Assembly: GCA_976226885.1 (NCBI GenBank)
Contig: OZ320315.1
Span: 51,708,001-51,772,000, forward strand
Origin: Iphione sp. A-MEVVRFRX5
Taxonomy: Eukaryota
DNA: 64,000 nt
Direction: 5' to 3'
The translations under genes and the position numbers were made by a program. How positions within the stretch are numbered: position 1 is the first letter of the stretch; every line of letters starts with the position of its first letter. Positions 39,960 to 52,421 of this stretch are shown here, piece by piece. The notes beneath the pieces are model-generated. The model saw nothing but the letters and a program-made list of their open reading frames with translations. It searched no databases and was not told the origin of the DNA.

Positions 39960-40610
39960 CACGAAATGATACAGTGGATCTAAAGACGTTGCATACTCAC
40001 GTGATGTTGTCTGAAATCAAACTTGGCTTGTTTCTCTTTGCTGATATGATTTTGTTCAAGAAGGCTGACTAACTTCAAAGCCATTGATTTCTTCTATTAA
40101 AGCAAAAAATATATGTATTATCATGAACACTTAGCATATCTTACGCACATATCAATATACATAACACTCTTTCGAAGATACTATTCCAGATTGAATCGTA
40201 TTTAAGTAGGGTTTCTTTCATATTTATGTACATTTTCTTTAATGTTTAATGTATCCTCTTATCAAAATGTAACAATGTGATGTAAAGGAGATGACTGTTA
40301 CCCAATACGATATAAATATTTTTATGGTATATGAGAACATCCATTATATTACCTTGTGCAATTAAGGACAAAGATGTCAGCATGTAATTGCTACAATTCA
40401 TCCAAATAGAATGCACCTACCAAGCACTTGTGTACAATATGACATACATATACGTCGAAAATTCTATAGGTATATTTTGATAATGGACAATAAGCTGGAC
40501 AGGGAATGCCGCGTGTTGACCTTTTGGTCCGAGGCAGCTGTGATGACCGAGTATTGCTATAGCAAAAGTACTCACTGCAGGAGGAACAAAAGTAGGAGAA
40601 GGATAAATTG
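39960..40610 (+). pseudogene. Possible decayed LRR relic with LRRCT-like end
   Basis: DLKTLHTHVMLSEIKLGLF; IATIHPN; LIMDNKLDRECRVLTFW (40411 ORF). Confidence 0.4.
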
Positions 40611-41049
40611 AAAGTTAAGAAGACTTCAGTTCACTACCAATTGAATACCTTACGTAAAGAACGTCAAAATGACGTCTTCCATATACTTTGGGTTTATGCC
40701 TTATTGGCATGACATAATTATTTTGCCGGGCCTTTTTGAAATGTATTTCTACAAATTTTATGTTGCAGTTGTAAAGCGGAAAATATCGGCTCGGTAATAA
40801 AAGAGAAAACGGTGACATTTGAGCGCGGAAATCGTTTAGTACGGAGCAATGCTAATTTATATGATGATACTCCATGTTCAATTCCAGTACGCCTTACACA
40901 TCGATTACACTTTCTTTAACGATTCCTATCCTGCAAACTGCATTTTAATATACACCACCAACTTTACTCTCTATGCACTTCCATTTGATCTTAGCACCTG
41001 TATGCTATTTTAAAGATGTGCCCTCTCAGTATAAGCATAAGCACCAAGT

Positions 41050-41450
41050 CGGCATTTGCTATTTCTTCGTCTTACAGTAATGACTTATATTCCAGTTTGC
41101 TGCTATTTACGGGTTTAAAGAATACGTGCATATCTAGATGTTGACATTTAAGCTGAAGTTGTACCTAATTATGTTTCAATATTTCTCCAATTGTCATTCA
41201 GGATGAGTTGTTCAAGTCAAGTAACATTTCTTTAATCATCAACGTTTCCTTTAGCCAACTTATGAATCCAATTGTACTTTCTATTAGTATGCTCTACATA
41301 GGAAGCATACAAGTACATCCTGATAGAACAATACCAGTCGGTTTTTTAGTCGCGTTTGATGTAAACAGAACTGCATGGTTATTCGGCAGTTGAATATCTC
41401 CTTAAGTCTAGATACTCCGAAGAGAAAGCTGAAAATTCACCGGTAGGGTA
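41050..41450 (+). pseudogene. Decayed LRR relic
   Basis: SSNISLIINVSFSQLMNPIVLSISMLYIGSIQ (41208 ORF) fits one LRR period. Confidence 0.45.
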
Positions 41451-42399
41451 GCAGCATGCTGAAATATTTCATATTGTTCTTCAGCTCTTGCTGTGATGAA
41501 TGTCTCTGTACCAGTTTATTGCAAATTCCGTGGTGATGAATTGTACAGGATTGTTACCAGTATCATACTTACATCAGCTTACACACTGTGCGTAGAATCG
41601 AAGGATTACAGCTGATGTTATTCTGTGCTCCCACGTCATAATATATGTATTATGGGAAGGGGGTAAATTGATTGGACAGTGTTGTTGTATGCATATTTTT
41701 CTTGAATAGTATTTTATTCATCGATACCATGACCTAGAGGAAGAAGAAGGCGCGCTACCCTCACTGCCCTGGATCCCTGACGATACATCTCTCTTCAAAG
41801 CAATATATTTTCAGTAACTCGCATACCACTTCAGTCGTCCTGTTATTCTTACAGATATTTCCTAACTCCCCATGACAAAAGAGAGTACGTCCACAGTATG
41901 TGTATCATTTTTACGGTTGAAGACCAAATTAAAACGATGGCAAAATTACTAATGCATGCATACCTCTTATAATAAAATAGATGCGTTCCAAGATATCAGA
42001 TCGTTATCACAAACTTCATTTACGGAAGCATGATTTACTACCATTGGAGACACTGATCGTCCGACCGAAAGGAATACTTGTTACACAGTAAATCTTAATA
42101 CTAAAGGTTGCATTATATTAATGGCTTCTTAATTCCATCAGTCATAGGTAGTCAGGGTTTCTTTTCAGTTCTAGTCCGTATAAATTTTTTTTTAAACGAC
42201 CATAATTGATAATAAAAGGACTGTTGAGCAGTTACGGCGAACTCGATTTCTTTTGTAGAGCAGAAGCAGTAGGGCCATCTACTGATAATCTATGTGCATA
42301 ATACTGCCTAGATGATTAGTAAGTATGCATGTTTATATATAAGAAAATCTATATTTCACGTGAACTTCTTACGGTAGATGGCGCCACTTGGGCGACATA

Positions 42400-43150
42400 C
42401 TGTCAGCCAGCCTCAGAGAGGAATGTCTTTGGCACACAGTTGCTAGCGATCATGTACGGAAAACAAAGATATACAATGTTGTCTGACAGGGAAAAATAAA
42501 TTTCTGGGATTTGGGAAGATCTAATTTTGGCATTCATAAATTTCTTTATATTATAAAGCAATTTTGAAACTAGAAGTGTAATCACTATGCCACATACATG
42601 TTTTATATACATTGTAGTATTGTAAAATATGGAAAGCCTTCCTCAACAACAAAAAAACCTTAGCCTTTAGGGCCAACTCCTATAGAAAGGTTCCCACTCT
42701 ATTTTGTACAAACGGGTGCCTTACATATCTTTCTGCCTGACATGAGCAATGTTGTAATCTTATGCAGGGGATTCCAAACTTCAGTTGGATAGATGTTATA
42801 TTATATGAGCGCAAAAAGGGTGTGCAGGCCGTAAAAACTCTTCCCGCCTGCTTACTACCATATTCTTTTATTTATCGGCTGAAGTTTTGTCAGAAAAAAA
42901 TCCCTAAAAGAGAAAAAAATCACCAAGATTTCAAGCAATCAGCTGGTATTGAGGGGTCTTACATGTGTAGTCTTATGATTTCAGGTAGCGTAGGCAAACC
43001 AATAGCGAATTCATGTGGTAATGTGCCAATCTGTTAGTGCGTACATACATGATAAATCAAAAAAAATTCAAGCAAACTAGAGAGGATATCTTAGTTCTTT
43101 CATGAGTTGGTGATGAGGTGCAGTATCAGAGAATGTTGAATTATGTTAGA
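42400..43150 (-). pseudogene. Decayed LRR relic
   Basis: QIGTLPHEFAIGLPTL; SFYGLHTLFALI*YNI; SQIPEIYFSL...CVPKTF (42403 ORF). Confidence 0.6.
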
Positions 43151-43529
43151 ATCACTTATAACGTGGGCATGAGAATGAATTGGAAATTTTAACATTTATC
43201 TGACATAGTGTAGTTTAATGGATAAGCACATGTTGTCATACAGACACTACAGTGTACACGTAGTCGGTTTATGCTCTGCCTTCTGCTTGGAAATGACTAT
43301 ACTGTCTACTCTGCTTGATCGACGCTTCTCTGCTTCAGTTAACACAAACCAAATATCAACGACTATCAAGCTGCCATTAAAAGTTTGCTCAATACTTCAT
43401 CAATATTGACGCAGATGGGATAGTAACCCTCCAATGGTCACCATAGCGAGACAAACATGAAAATGTGATAGGTAGGTACTATAAAATTAGCTTTTACGGC
43501 TATTTGTACAAAGTAAAATGCAAAATACA

Positions 43530-43950
43530 GCAATGTGAAACAACAATATAACGACAGATTAATGACCTGTATGTACATTTATTATAATCCCTACATGGGG
43601 ATATTCAATAATCACAGGACTACTGCCGGTTCGGAACACCACCAGATATTTAGCCTACTTTACGTAGAGAGAGAATACTCACTAGGCTGGCTGTCTTTAC
43701 AGTCGTTGTTCTGCTAGTGTGTTATCACTTGACTAATAGCTCAAGAACTGTCAGCAGAGCATAGCGATTACGTCAATTGAGAACTTCGTGCATGTAGTGA
43801 GGGGCAGTTCATTGGACCAGTGCAATCACCCCATGTGAGGAAACGATAATCAGCATGGTAACGGAGGCCAAATGTTTGGGCTAGACAGAGTGGCAGCTCT
43901 TACCAATGACAAGAGGTAGGAGTCCGTGGGCTGACAGCGCAGTTCGCCCC
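43530..43950 (+). pseudogene. Decayed LRR relic
   Basis: MGIFNNHR...HQIFSL...LGWLSLQSLF (43535 ORF); ITSIEN; GGQMFGLDRVAAL. Confidence 0.45.
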
Positions 43951-44384
43951 CACTATCACCCTCAGCAACCACACTTCTGCAATTGGTCTATTGTAATGCT
44001 TCTGCCACTAACTCAGTGTGAAAAATATGAAGATGTGCCTGGTGTCATACTTTAAGGACATTAATTTATTCAATCATCTCTGAATCGGAGTTACAATAAT
44101 CTCAATACTGGATAGGAATATACATCGTATGCGAAAAACTAGTTGTAATCAACCAATATCAAACGTTGACTTTTTAATCATAGCACCATGATATTTAGCA
44201 TTTATCTGTTCGAAAGAATTTCATACATAACTATGAATACAGAGTGCAAATGGATTCTAACTTTGAACAGGTTTCTGTGAGATCGTTAGGGCGTGTATCT
44301 ACATTCGGGTGCTAAACTATTCTAATAAGAAATACTGGAATAAATGGAGTCTCCAAATCGCCAAATCATTTCAGCGAAGGCACA

Positions 44385-44898
44385 TTATGAGTCACTGCCA
44401 TCAGCGATGACGCGGTTAGCTTCTCCATCGGTTTGCTGCGTCTCACTTAAATTCTCCATTTGGGGAGCTTTTGGTGTGTACTCTAACCAAACCGTGGCAT
44501 CAACCTGTAGTGTGCTGAAGCCTGATCGAATGAAGAGCTCAGATGCTGCTGTGTTGCCAACTTCGATGTGTGCCCAGACGGGAAGTCCGTGTACCCTCAG
44601 CTTCCGGCAGAGGTCATGCAGCACCAGGACAGACAGTCCCTGTCCCTTGTGATCACGTGACAGCCCCAGCATGCCCACGGCTCCGTAGTAGTGGCAGAGG
44701 ACGTGGGCAATTGGCCGACCAGTCATATCCACGATACAGGAACTGGGGAAATTGGAGCAATTGAACTCCACAAGTGGAATTGCCTCCTCCATGGTGGCTT
44801 CTGTGTGTTCCAGGATTGGGTGCCAATGTGAAACCACCGCTTTGGCCATATGGGGCGTGACAGTGGTGAGTAGGTACGGATCAGGTGTAACGATTGGC
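44385..44898 (-). CDS. GLYAT-like terminal coding exon (GNAT core)
   Basis: ccgcag|GCCAATC acceptor restores the frame of ORF 44385..44951; acetyl-CoA motifs HKGQGL and NTAASELFIRSGF. Confidence 0.9.
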
Positions 44899-47800
44899 CT
44901 GCGGACACATTGGAGTTTTTTAAATGTCACTGTGGACAGCGCAAGTGACATGGGAGAGCAGGAATTTGCCGAATTAATGCCATTGAATTATCATTAATCG
45001 ATATGTTTCGCTCATACAATTATAGCATGAGCGTTAAATTATGCACGTTTACTTCAAGAGAAAAGAAGATGTGTCATCGGGAATTAAATGTACATATCAC
45101 ACAAACGTAAGCCTTTTAACGTAAAGTATTGGTTTGCGTTTGTGAGTAACAATTGGACAGTTATAGGTTGAAATGTTCACAAACTCACCTGTCTAAAAGC
45201 GCGTCATCCGAATGTACCAGAGTTTCGCAATCGATAAGTTTGGTCAATGAACCACGTTTACTTCCAATGGACGTTATATAAGCTGCTGCTTCCTGCGGTA
45301 GACCTAGAATTCAGGTACAATATTCCACCTTTAAATAGAGGACAATTTATTTTTTGTTCAAAATATGACCATGACATTATAAGAACTGGAACGAAATGAG
45401 CAATTTTCTACAATACCGTATAAAATATTGTCTGATTCTGAACTAACATAGTATTTCAAATACATGTATATATAAAAGTATATATAATTATTTGGCACGT
45501 GTTTATCATGTTGGGTCTTTGTCCCAATAGTTCAGATCCATAGTTAGATGCTTACAGGCAAAAATGCAATGTCTTTTCCAGTCAATAACGTTTTCCAGTG
45601 GTAAATCTGTGAGGGAGGTATCCTTGTTTCGGCAGTGAAAACAAATGGTCGATAATAAATGTTTCGTGCCATCCTAGAGGGTCATTGAAGAGAATACAAA
45701 TAATGAAGATTAATGATCTGGTTTGAATTCATTTTATCATTATTTCTTCAAGTTGAATAACCACACTTTTCAACACAGTTTGTTCGTAATTTCGATCTAC
45801 AGTGTACTTGTAAAAAACACGTATATTACATAGGCATACTGTACTGTTAAATGTATTATACTTATGTACAAATATCTTGGTACTGTAATGAATACAGATA
45901 GGACTGAACCGCATATGTGCATTCTTTTTTATTTCAATACTCTAAATAATATCAATCAAAACCCAAGATTCCAAGTCTTGTTGATGAGTTTGGCTTTATT
46001 GCTGATTCTTGTTACAGTGACTAAACGTTTTGGGATTGGGTTTCCCTTCATCAGGAGTATTGTTTAAATGGATGATCGGGGTTAGGCATATTAATACAAG
46101 TGAACAAGTTAATGATATGCAACTAGGTTACTGAGGTCAAAGGGTCAAACTGGCTACTTAGCGGTATGTGAATCAAGATATGTGGCTCTGCTCTGTTTCT
46201 TGATTAGAGCATTATACATATTTATATGCCGTTTGTTCCATCAAGTATACAAAAATATAAACCTACATGCATTTCGTTGGTTTTGTAGTGGGACCTTCAA
46301 AGAGGTAAACAAAAAGTTTCAAACGAAACTTTTACTGCTTACTTGTCTGGGCTTCAAGCTTGGCTTTACCAAAACAACGCTCCACTCAGGCCATACATTG
46401 ACGAAGAGATCTTCTGGCACTGTACCATCGAGGATAGCTATGACGGAGCCATACACCTAGTTATGAAGAGAAACACAGTTCTTGAATGTCTGCAACTGCT
46501 TTCAGTCTAGGAGGAAACGCCAAGTATTGCCATATTTGCTTTTCCTACCGAACGTTGTTAGTATTATAGTCGTGGGAATGCTGAAGGGTTTATGTGGGGT
46601 TTATTGTAGACTGCAGCTCAAGGTAAATGTGCATGTATCCTAAGTTTGAACCATGTTCTAGTAGCAAACATGTCCTTTTTGAAGGGATACACGATGCGTT
46701 GTAATAATAGAATAATGAATACATAAATATTTGTTCTCGGATTCAATACATTATAGTGAAACCGTTTGAATACCACCCATTCAAATAGGATCGACTCCAA
46801 CATGCGGCCACCCCCGCCAGACCCATTGATTGCGGCATAATTCAGGATGACTGCATGCCAACAGGCTATGTTATATGGTATGAAGTGAACGTTTGTAAAG
46901 TACCCACGGAAGCGATCATTTTCTGTTGAAAAATCGAAAGTTTTTCACACAATCCTAGGGGAGCAAAAAATTATGTAACTTGGGGCATCGATTACCGGTT
47001 AGCCAAATCGATTACTGGTTATCCCCACTCTATAATAGCCTCCTAAAATCAATTGTACAAGGCCAGACGGAAAAGGTCGGCAAGAGTAAAAAAAGCAAAT
47101 CTGCGAGTCAAAATGTCCTCTTGTACAACTAACTATCAGGGCGGAGATGGTATTTTATGGGTGAATTCCTCTGCAAGTGGTAAAGAAAGAGAAGCTGATC
47201 GGCAGGTCTACAGGCTCAAGTGAGCACTCTACTATACTTGAAACTAAGGCAATCACCCAATTCCTCAGGCCACACTGGCTCGGTTTCCAGCTTCCTTGTT
47301 TCATACTCCGTCTCGTGTGCACTATGGACACCAAACGTCACCCTCAGGGTTAATAGGTCGCACAGAATTCTAAGCTCGTTAGTGTTGGTAGCTTACTGGG
47401 AGTAAAAACCACCAGAGCAACGAATGGATGTGAATGAACAGAGTAAAACCGTATGCATGTACTAAGAAGAGATCACGTGGGTGTTTTCCAAAAAGATTAG
47501 TCATGTATTCATCTCTTTATGGAGTACATCAGCCAAATTGTCCTCCTTCTCACGGACTACCTAGGCGACAGCTTAGCATGAGAACCAAATACAAATAAAT
47601 ACAGGTTTGACATTCAACCACGTATGTAGTTCAACTAATAATGATTAGTTGTCCAAATTACAGTTATGCAATTGGCGATGTGTTTCGATCGTTGGCGTTT
47701 CCCTGACATTATCTTTTGTGTTGTCTTGTTAGCGTGAGAGAAACCGTTCGTAGGTGAACCTCTCTCCTGCCTGTCAGTGTTAACGCAACCACGAGGAAAA

Positions 47801-47992
47801 AAACAGTGGCGATGTATGCAAGTTTGTTCCGCAGCGATGCATGGTGTTTGGTGATTGGCTACAGCACGATGGTACTGAAAAACGTTACAAGCTTACCCTC
47901 AAGGCGGTGGGTGATGGAGTTGTGTGTACCTCCAGGCGTAGATCCTCCTGTAGACGCTGGATGTGGGCAGGGTCCTCCAGGTGGATCCACAT
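44385..47992 (-). CDS. GLYAT-like: Glycine N-acyltransferase-like GNAT (GLYAT family, FR47-like C-terminal domain); 5 coding exons, 957 nt, 318 aa, apparently intact
   Basis: Exons 47992-47897, 46456-46343, 45673-45556, 45303-45189 and 44898-44385, all with GT-AG boundaries and matching phases (0,0,1,2). The joined ORF is open: MWIHLEDPAHIQRLQEDLRLEVHTTPSPTALR|VYGSVIAILDGTVPEDLFVNVWPEWSVVLVKPSLKPRQ|DGTKHLL...VIDWKRHCIFA|CLPQEAAAY...DALLD|RPIVTPDPYLLTTV...GAVGMLGLSRDHKGQGLS...EVGNTAASELFIRSGF. The VYG, WP, IDW motifs and GNAT motifs A/B fit the GLYAT family. Orthology is not established. Confidence 0.88.
45189..45303 (-). CDS. GLYAT-like coding exon 4
   Basis: ctag|GTCTAC...GACAG|gtgag, 115 nt, phase 1 in and phase 2 out. 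Confidence 0.85.
45556..45673 (-). CDS. GLYAT-like coding exon 3
   Basis: ctag|GATGGC...GCCT|gtaag, 118 nt, contains VIDWK. Confidence 0.85.
45730..45915 (-). pseudogene. Possible LRR relic inside GLYAT-like intron 2
   Basis: TKIFVHKYNTFNSTVCLCNIRVF...QLEEIMI (45729 ORF). Confidence 0.3.
46343..46456 (-). CDS. GLYAT-like coding exon 2
   Basis: ctag|GTGTAT...CAA|gtaag, 38 codons VYGSVIA...KPRQ. Confidence 0.88.
46510..46800 (-). pseudogene. Decayed LRR relic inside GLYAT-like intron 1
   Basis: QRIVYPFKKDMFATRTWFKLRI...P*AAVYNKPHINPSAFPRL*Y in one frame. Confidence 0.5.
47200..47580 (+). pseudogene. Possible LRR relic inside GLYAT-like intron 1 (antisense to the gene)
   Basis: STLLYLKLRQSPNSSGHTGSVSSFL (47220 ORF); CPPSHGLPRRQL. 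Confidence 0.3.
47897..47992 (-). CDS. GLYAT-like coding exon 1 (ATG at 47992; 5'UTR extends to an acceptor at about 48077)
   Basis: 32 codons ending AGG|gtaagc; upstream ttctag acceptor implies a further non-coding exon. Confidence 0.8.
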
Positions 47993-48129
47993 AGCGCCGA
48001 CTGCCGTCCCCAGCCTACTGAGAGGCCAGCACCTTTACGCACCTTTTGGAGAGACCGTCACCTGTGATGACGCCCGCTAGAAGAGGCGGAGAATGGGTGT
48101 TAAAAAAAGGTAAAAGGCTCGTTTGTGTG

Positions 48130-48350
48130 GCAGTGTGTCCGACGGGCACCCAGAGCTGGCTCGGCACTCCCACTAAGTGCAGAGCAGCGTTCACTGTATC
48201 GTCGATACAAGAGTGTAGTCATCGGTGTTTATAAATGGTTCAATCGGCGGTTGCAGATGCACGCTACAGCCTGTAAATACGGTGCAATGTATAAAAAAGA
48301 GGACATAATCTACAGGTCCGGTGTTGTAGAGTATCGTGGCAACCACAGGT
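48130..48350 (-). pseudogene. Possible decayed LRR relic
   Basis: IHCTVFTGCSVHL; TLLCT*WECRA. Confidence 0.3.
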
Positions 48351-49239
48351 AAAAGACTTCACCGACCATGGGGCGGGACAGATGGATAGATAGTTAAGGT
48401 AGGACATCAGACTGATGGGGAATCTGACACTCTATCAGACAACGCCCTACTCGGTTTAAAAAAGACAACTCAATAATTCAATTGATTCCTCTTTACTATC
48501 CATCATTAAACCTGTTAAAGTAACTTTACTAGGTTTTTTATCAGTTATCTCCTGTCAATTTACACTGCACAAAAGATCACGATACGTTTACAAGCAAATG
48601 CTATATTATTTGTGGAAACACCGCTCTTTTCTGTAAGATACCTGAAAAGGATACTAAAAGAAAAATTGTGATTTATAAATGTGTGTTTTAGTCTAAGATC
48701 CTGTTCTAAGCTTGTGTCAAACAACTTAGTTATAGCAATACAAAAGTGACTGTTACTGTTTATGAGATAAAACCACCAAAAGAAACACTTTTCTACACTT
48801 TTCCTGAGGGGGAGTGACCTACTCTCTAGTTATTTAATCTAACTAGGTGTAATCATACTTGTACGTATATATCTCTCATTGAAAACATTACTCAAAATAG
48901 TTGGCAGGCAGACCTCGACCGTGAGATCTGCTTCATGCTTAGGTAGTTTAGATATCACCAAGCATCTGTATACATATATTCAACTCCATGGTAAAGCCGT
49001 TCTACCCTCCTTGCTACATGCAAAGTGAGAGCTTCGTGTATACTTGAAAGAGAACTTCAGAGGAGTGCCCTCCTGTCCCCTACCTGTGGTTCTCTCTACA
49101 CGCGTAGGGACTCCCCAATGCAAAGGCCGACGATCTGTTGTCAGATGAGCTTCGGTTTTCTATGAGGTCCACTCATTGCGTCTGTTTTATGAGCCTACTC
49201 CCCCTGTGCACCTGGCGATCGATGTCTTGAGTCCCGCGT

Positions 49240-49570
49240 CCTACTCTGTGCGGGTTGTAAAAGCAGCGGTGCGTCGCCGCCGCCCCCTTGCCGCTTCCTT
49301 GTTGGGCAAGGTACACAAGACTGGCCTACAAACCCAGGTGAATTGCACGAAGGCTTCGGATGACAAATGAACTTCTGCTCTGGTAGTAAACACGTTCCAA
49401 CCGCCGAGACGGATCGGTCGGTCGGTTGGGACGACAGGAGGCGGATTGGTGAAAGATAGCAGCGGGCGGGTCAAGGTGGACAAGTAGGCAAACACTGGAT
49501 AACGGCATGTCCATCCCAGGCTAGACGCTATGTGTGTCGTTCGCAGCAGGTGTGTGCCTGAGTGCACGCC
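49240..49570 (-). pseudogene. Possible decayed LRR relic
   Basis: VFAYLSTLTRPLLSFTN; LSSEAFVQF (49241 ORF). Confidence 0.35.
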
Positions 49571-50412
49571 TTCCCCTGGTTGACTAGGTGCTATATGCCT
49601 CTACCGAGCTTCCAAATTGGGTGGTTAATCTCAACGGTAGACATCAAGACTATACGGTGCATGAAATTCTTTTCAATCCGCTTGACATCTAACAAAATCT
49701 CAAAACAACGCCCCAGATAGCTCATTAGGTTTAAATGGCGTAATTTCCTTTCAGAGGCACATACATGTACATGTATTATGTATGTCTGAAATGCATATTA
49801 GGCTAGAGAACATCACTAGCTTTACAATATTATATTTGTTTTCTTTTACACTGAAGAACGGCTTTAATATTTCCTCTTTGGTTCGATATATACATGTATA
49901 GCTAACGAGATGGTATCGATCGTTTCCAGTTTAGTTAACTGCACAAGACCCGTGCTAGTTATCAGCCGGGTGATAAAATCTGTTATCTACATGCGAATGT
50001 GAGATTACTAGTAAGAAAGGAACGCTACACTGATACAGGTAAATCTTTGTTCCCTACTCCCGAACCAGTTATCTAAAGCAGACAGGTGAATGCTTGAGAA
50101 ACTCACCGCATTACAGTACCGATGAGAGGCTCCAGATGGCACCTTGTTTGTCCCATACTGTCTTCGCCTCGAACGCCATGGACGACCCCAAGTGGCAAAT
50201 TTAGTTGTACTTTACTTTGCAGCTGTATTTTTATATCTTGCCCCTCTCTACCACTTGTTGTCTGACTGTTGTATAGAAGGTGTTAAGCCTATCTGATATT
50301 TAACAGGCCAGTACTTTCCCAGGAAACAATTAACATTTATATGTATATTGTTATATGTGAAGAATTGAATCGGGTTTGAATAATGTGTGAACATTCATGA
50401 ACCCCTTGGTGC

Positions 50413-50451
50413 CTGATGAGACCATAAAGGTCGAAACCGGAGCAACTGGAC
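50413..50451 (+). ncRNA. Degenerate type I hammerhead-ribozyme-like motif
   Basis: CTGATGA-GACC(ataaa)GGTC-GAAA-CCGG(agcaa)CTGG followed by AC rather than UH; stem I does not pair. Confidence 0.45.
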
Positions 50452-50459
50452 CTTTTTCC

Positions 50460-50900
50460 CTCTCCAGCAGAACATCCTTCTTAGTATGGATCCTTGAACT
50501 ATGTTATTATTAAACAGGATAAACACATACCACCCATTGGAGAGGGGAACCTCAGGTGTCCACATACGCATACAGCCCTTGTGGCACCAGGGGCCCCGTA
50601 TGATGGGGGAAGGTACCACACAAATGATCAATATAAACATACAATTCAGACTCTTTTATAAACAAAAAAGAAGAGGAAGACGACCCTATGTTCAATAAGT
50701 CACACCTAATTGACATAACTAGGATGATTCCTTGACTATAACACATGGAGCTATATTCTCAAGCCCAGGAGTCAGAGCAGGGTCTAAGGTGTGTAGGCTG
50801 TATTCATGGGCAAGGAACACCCCATGACAGAGTTTGCACAGTCGCACCGGGGTTCTACACTGGAGTACCATGTTCAAAACATGAAATGGTAATACAGTAT
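50460..50900 (-). pseudogene. Possible decayed LRR relic
   Basis: IDHLCGTFPH (50552 ORF); ILFNNNIV...RRMF (50395 ORF). Confidence 0.38.
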
Positions 50901-50949
50901 TTATTTCGAGCCTTCAGAAATATTTGTATATGATTGAAAAAAGTATTCT

Positions 50950-51520
50950 AAAACACAGATAAGTTCAATATAAAGTGATTCATTCATTTTCATACATTTA
51001 GGGAATGGACCCATCAATTCTCGGATTACCACGAGGGATGGTTTGCCCTTACAGAAGGGGAGTGACCAGTTGTCATGGTGACAGGCGCTCGGCACATGGG
51101 GCTCCTTCGACAAACAGTCTGCATGTGACAGAGATAAGAGACTGAGGTAAGATGATGTTTTTTTGTCAGGACAATACTTAGAGACTGTAAACGGTAGAAG
51201 AAAACGTTTTGGAGTGTGGGTAGATACCATATTGAGAAATATTCTGCCAAAGTATCTAAAATTTCTGTGCACAACTGACAAAGTTGAAGCAGCTGAAAGA
51301 TGGAACCTTTTTTAAGGTAGTACTCAATGTAGACGTGTAGACTGTCACTCTGATGTTTAGGGCCCCTATATCTAGGTAAACCTTGTGCATGACGCCTGGT
51401 GTCAGTTGCTGGGTCCATTCCAGGTTCACTGTAGTACTAGTCAGTTTTTTGAGATCTGACTTTCCACTGTGGGATTTCCTAATCTTTATTGTCCAAGCTA
51501 TAACACTAGACACATTACTA
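50950..51520 (-). pseudogene. Decayed LRR relic with LRRCT-like end
   Basis: DLKKLTST...QQLTPGV (51256 ORF); LKKGSIFQLLQLCQL, LPTLQNVFFYRLQSLSI...HLTSV (51026 ORF); FCKGKPSL...IREL (50901 ORF). Confidence 0.6.
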
Positions 51521-52214
51521 AACGAACTACAATTTTCTAGAAACTTTCATTCTGTTAACTCAACATTATGATTTAACATTTATAGAACATCGCCTAATGT
51601 TTATGTTCTAACCTAACAGAAACACAACATGACCTGAATATTTAATTTCCATGATAACTGAACATTACGATTTACTGTTCATACAGTGTTGCCTGATTTT
51701 TTTTTTAAATTCCACAAATATTTTGATAGTATGTGTTAGCTGGGTTCATTTCCTGTTACCCGTCAGTCAATCAATCCTCTAGCTTAGGAATTTCAGCATA
51801 CTTCAATCTTCTTTTACCGCATTGCAAAATTTCATAGGATTCTCTTCTCTTCTTCTTTCCCTCCGATGTATCGACAATTCTCTTCCCTCTTATCCTCATC
51901 ATCCTTGCTTCCAACCAGTTCTCCTGCGGGTTAGTCTCTCTCCCCCTTCCGAATAACCTTTACTTGACTACATCATAAAGACTACCCCATAGGAAATCAT
52001 CCATGTACAGATTGTATTTCCCCACTGTTTAGTATGATATCACATTAAGAATTTTGTTTTGTCGGAAATACTGCCCTCCAGTACAACACTTCACATTTAT
52101 TACAAAAAAATGAAATTTGGCTGTTTCCATGGAGACTAGGACCCATGATTACAAGAAAATAAGAAGGAATTATTATTATCAAGGGTAAAATTATGGGGTA
52201 TTTCATTATATATC

Positions 52215-52421
52215 ATGAGGTATCCTTCCTACTTATACCTTAAATGTCCTCGTGAAGACTACTGTCCATTGTTTGTTGTGCAAAGTTATGATGAAAATGA
52301 CCTCAACAATATAATGTGTTCTGAATGCTTACATATATGTGACCCATTCTGGCAAAATGAGTCAGAAGTCGAAAAAAATCTAAGTTGGTCATATATTTCA
52401 TCAAAATATGTTTATTCCTAG
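52215..52421 (+). pseudogene. Cys-cluster exon relic, possibly CxC4-like (KDZ-transposase/HMGXB3-associated)
   Basis: CPREDYC...YDENDLNNIMCSECLHICD; family assignment from recollection only. Confidence 0.3.

Noticed and set aside
47500-47562. Alternative GLYAT exon VVREKEDNLADVLHKEMNT
   Set aside because: Runs into a stop with no donor; the gene is complete without it.
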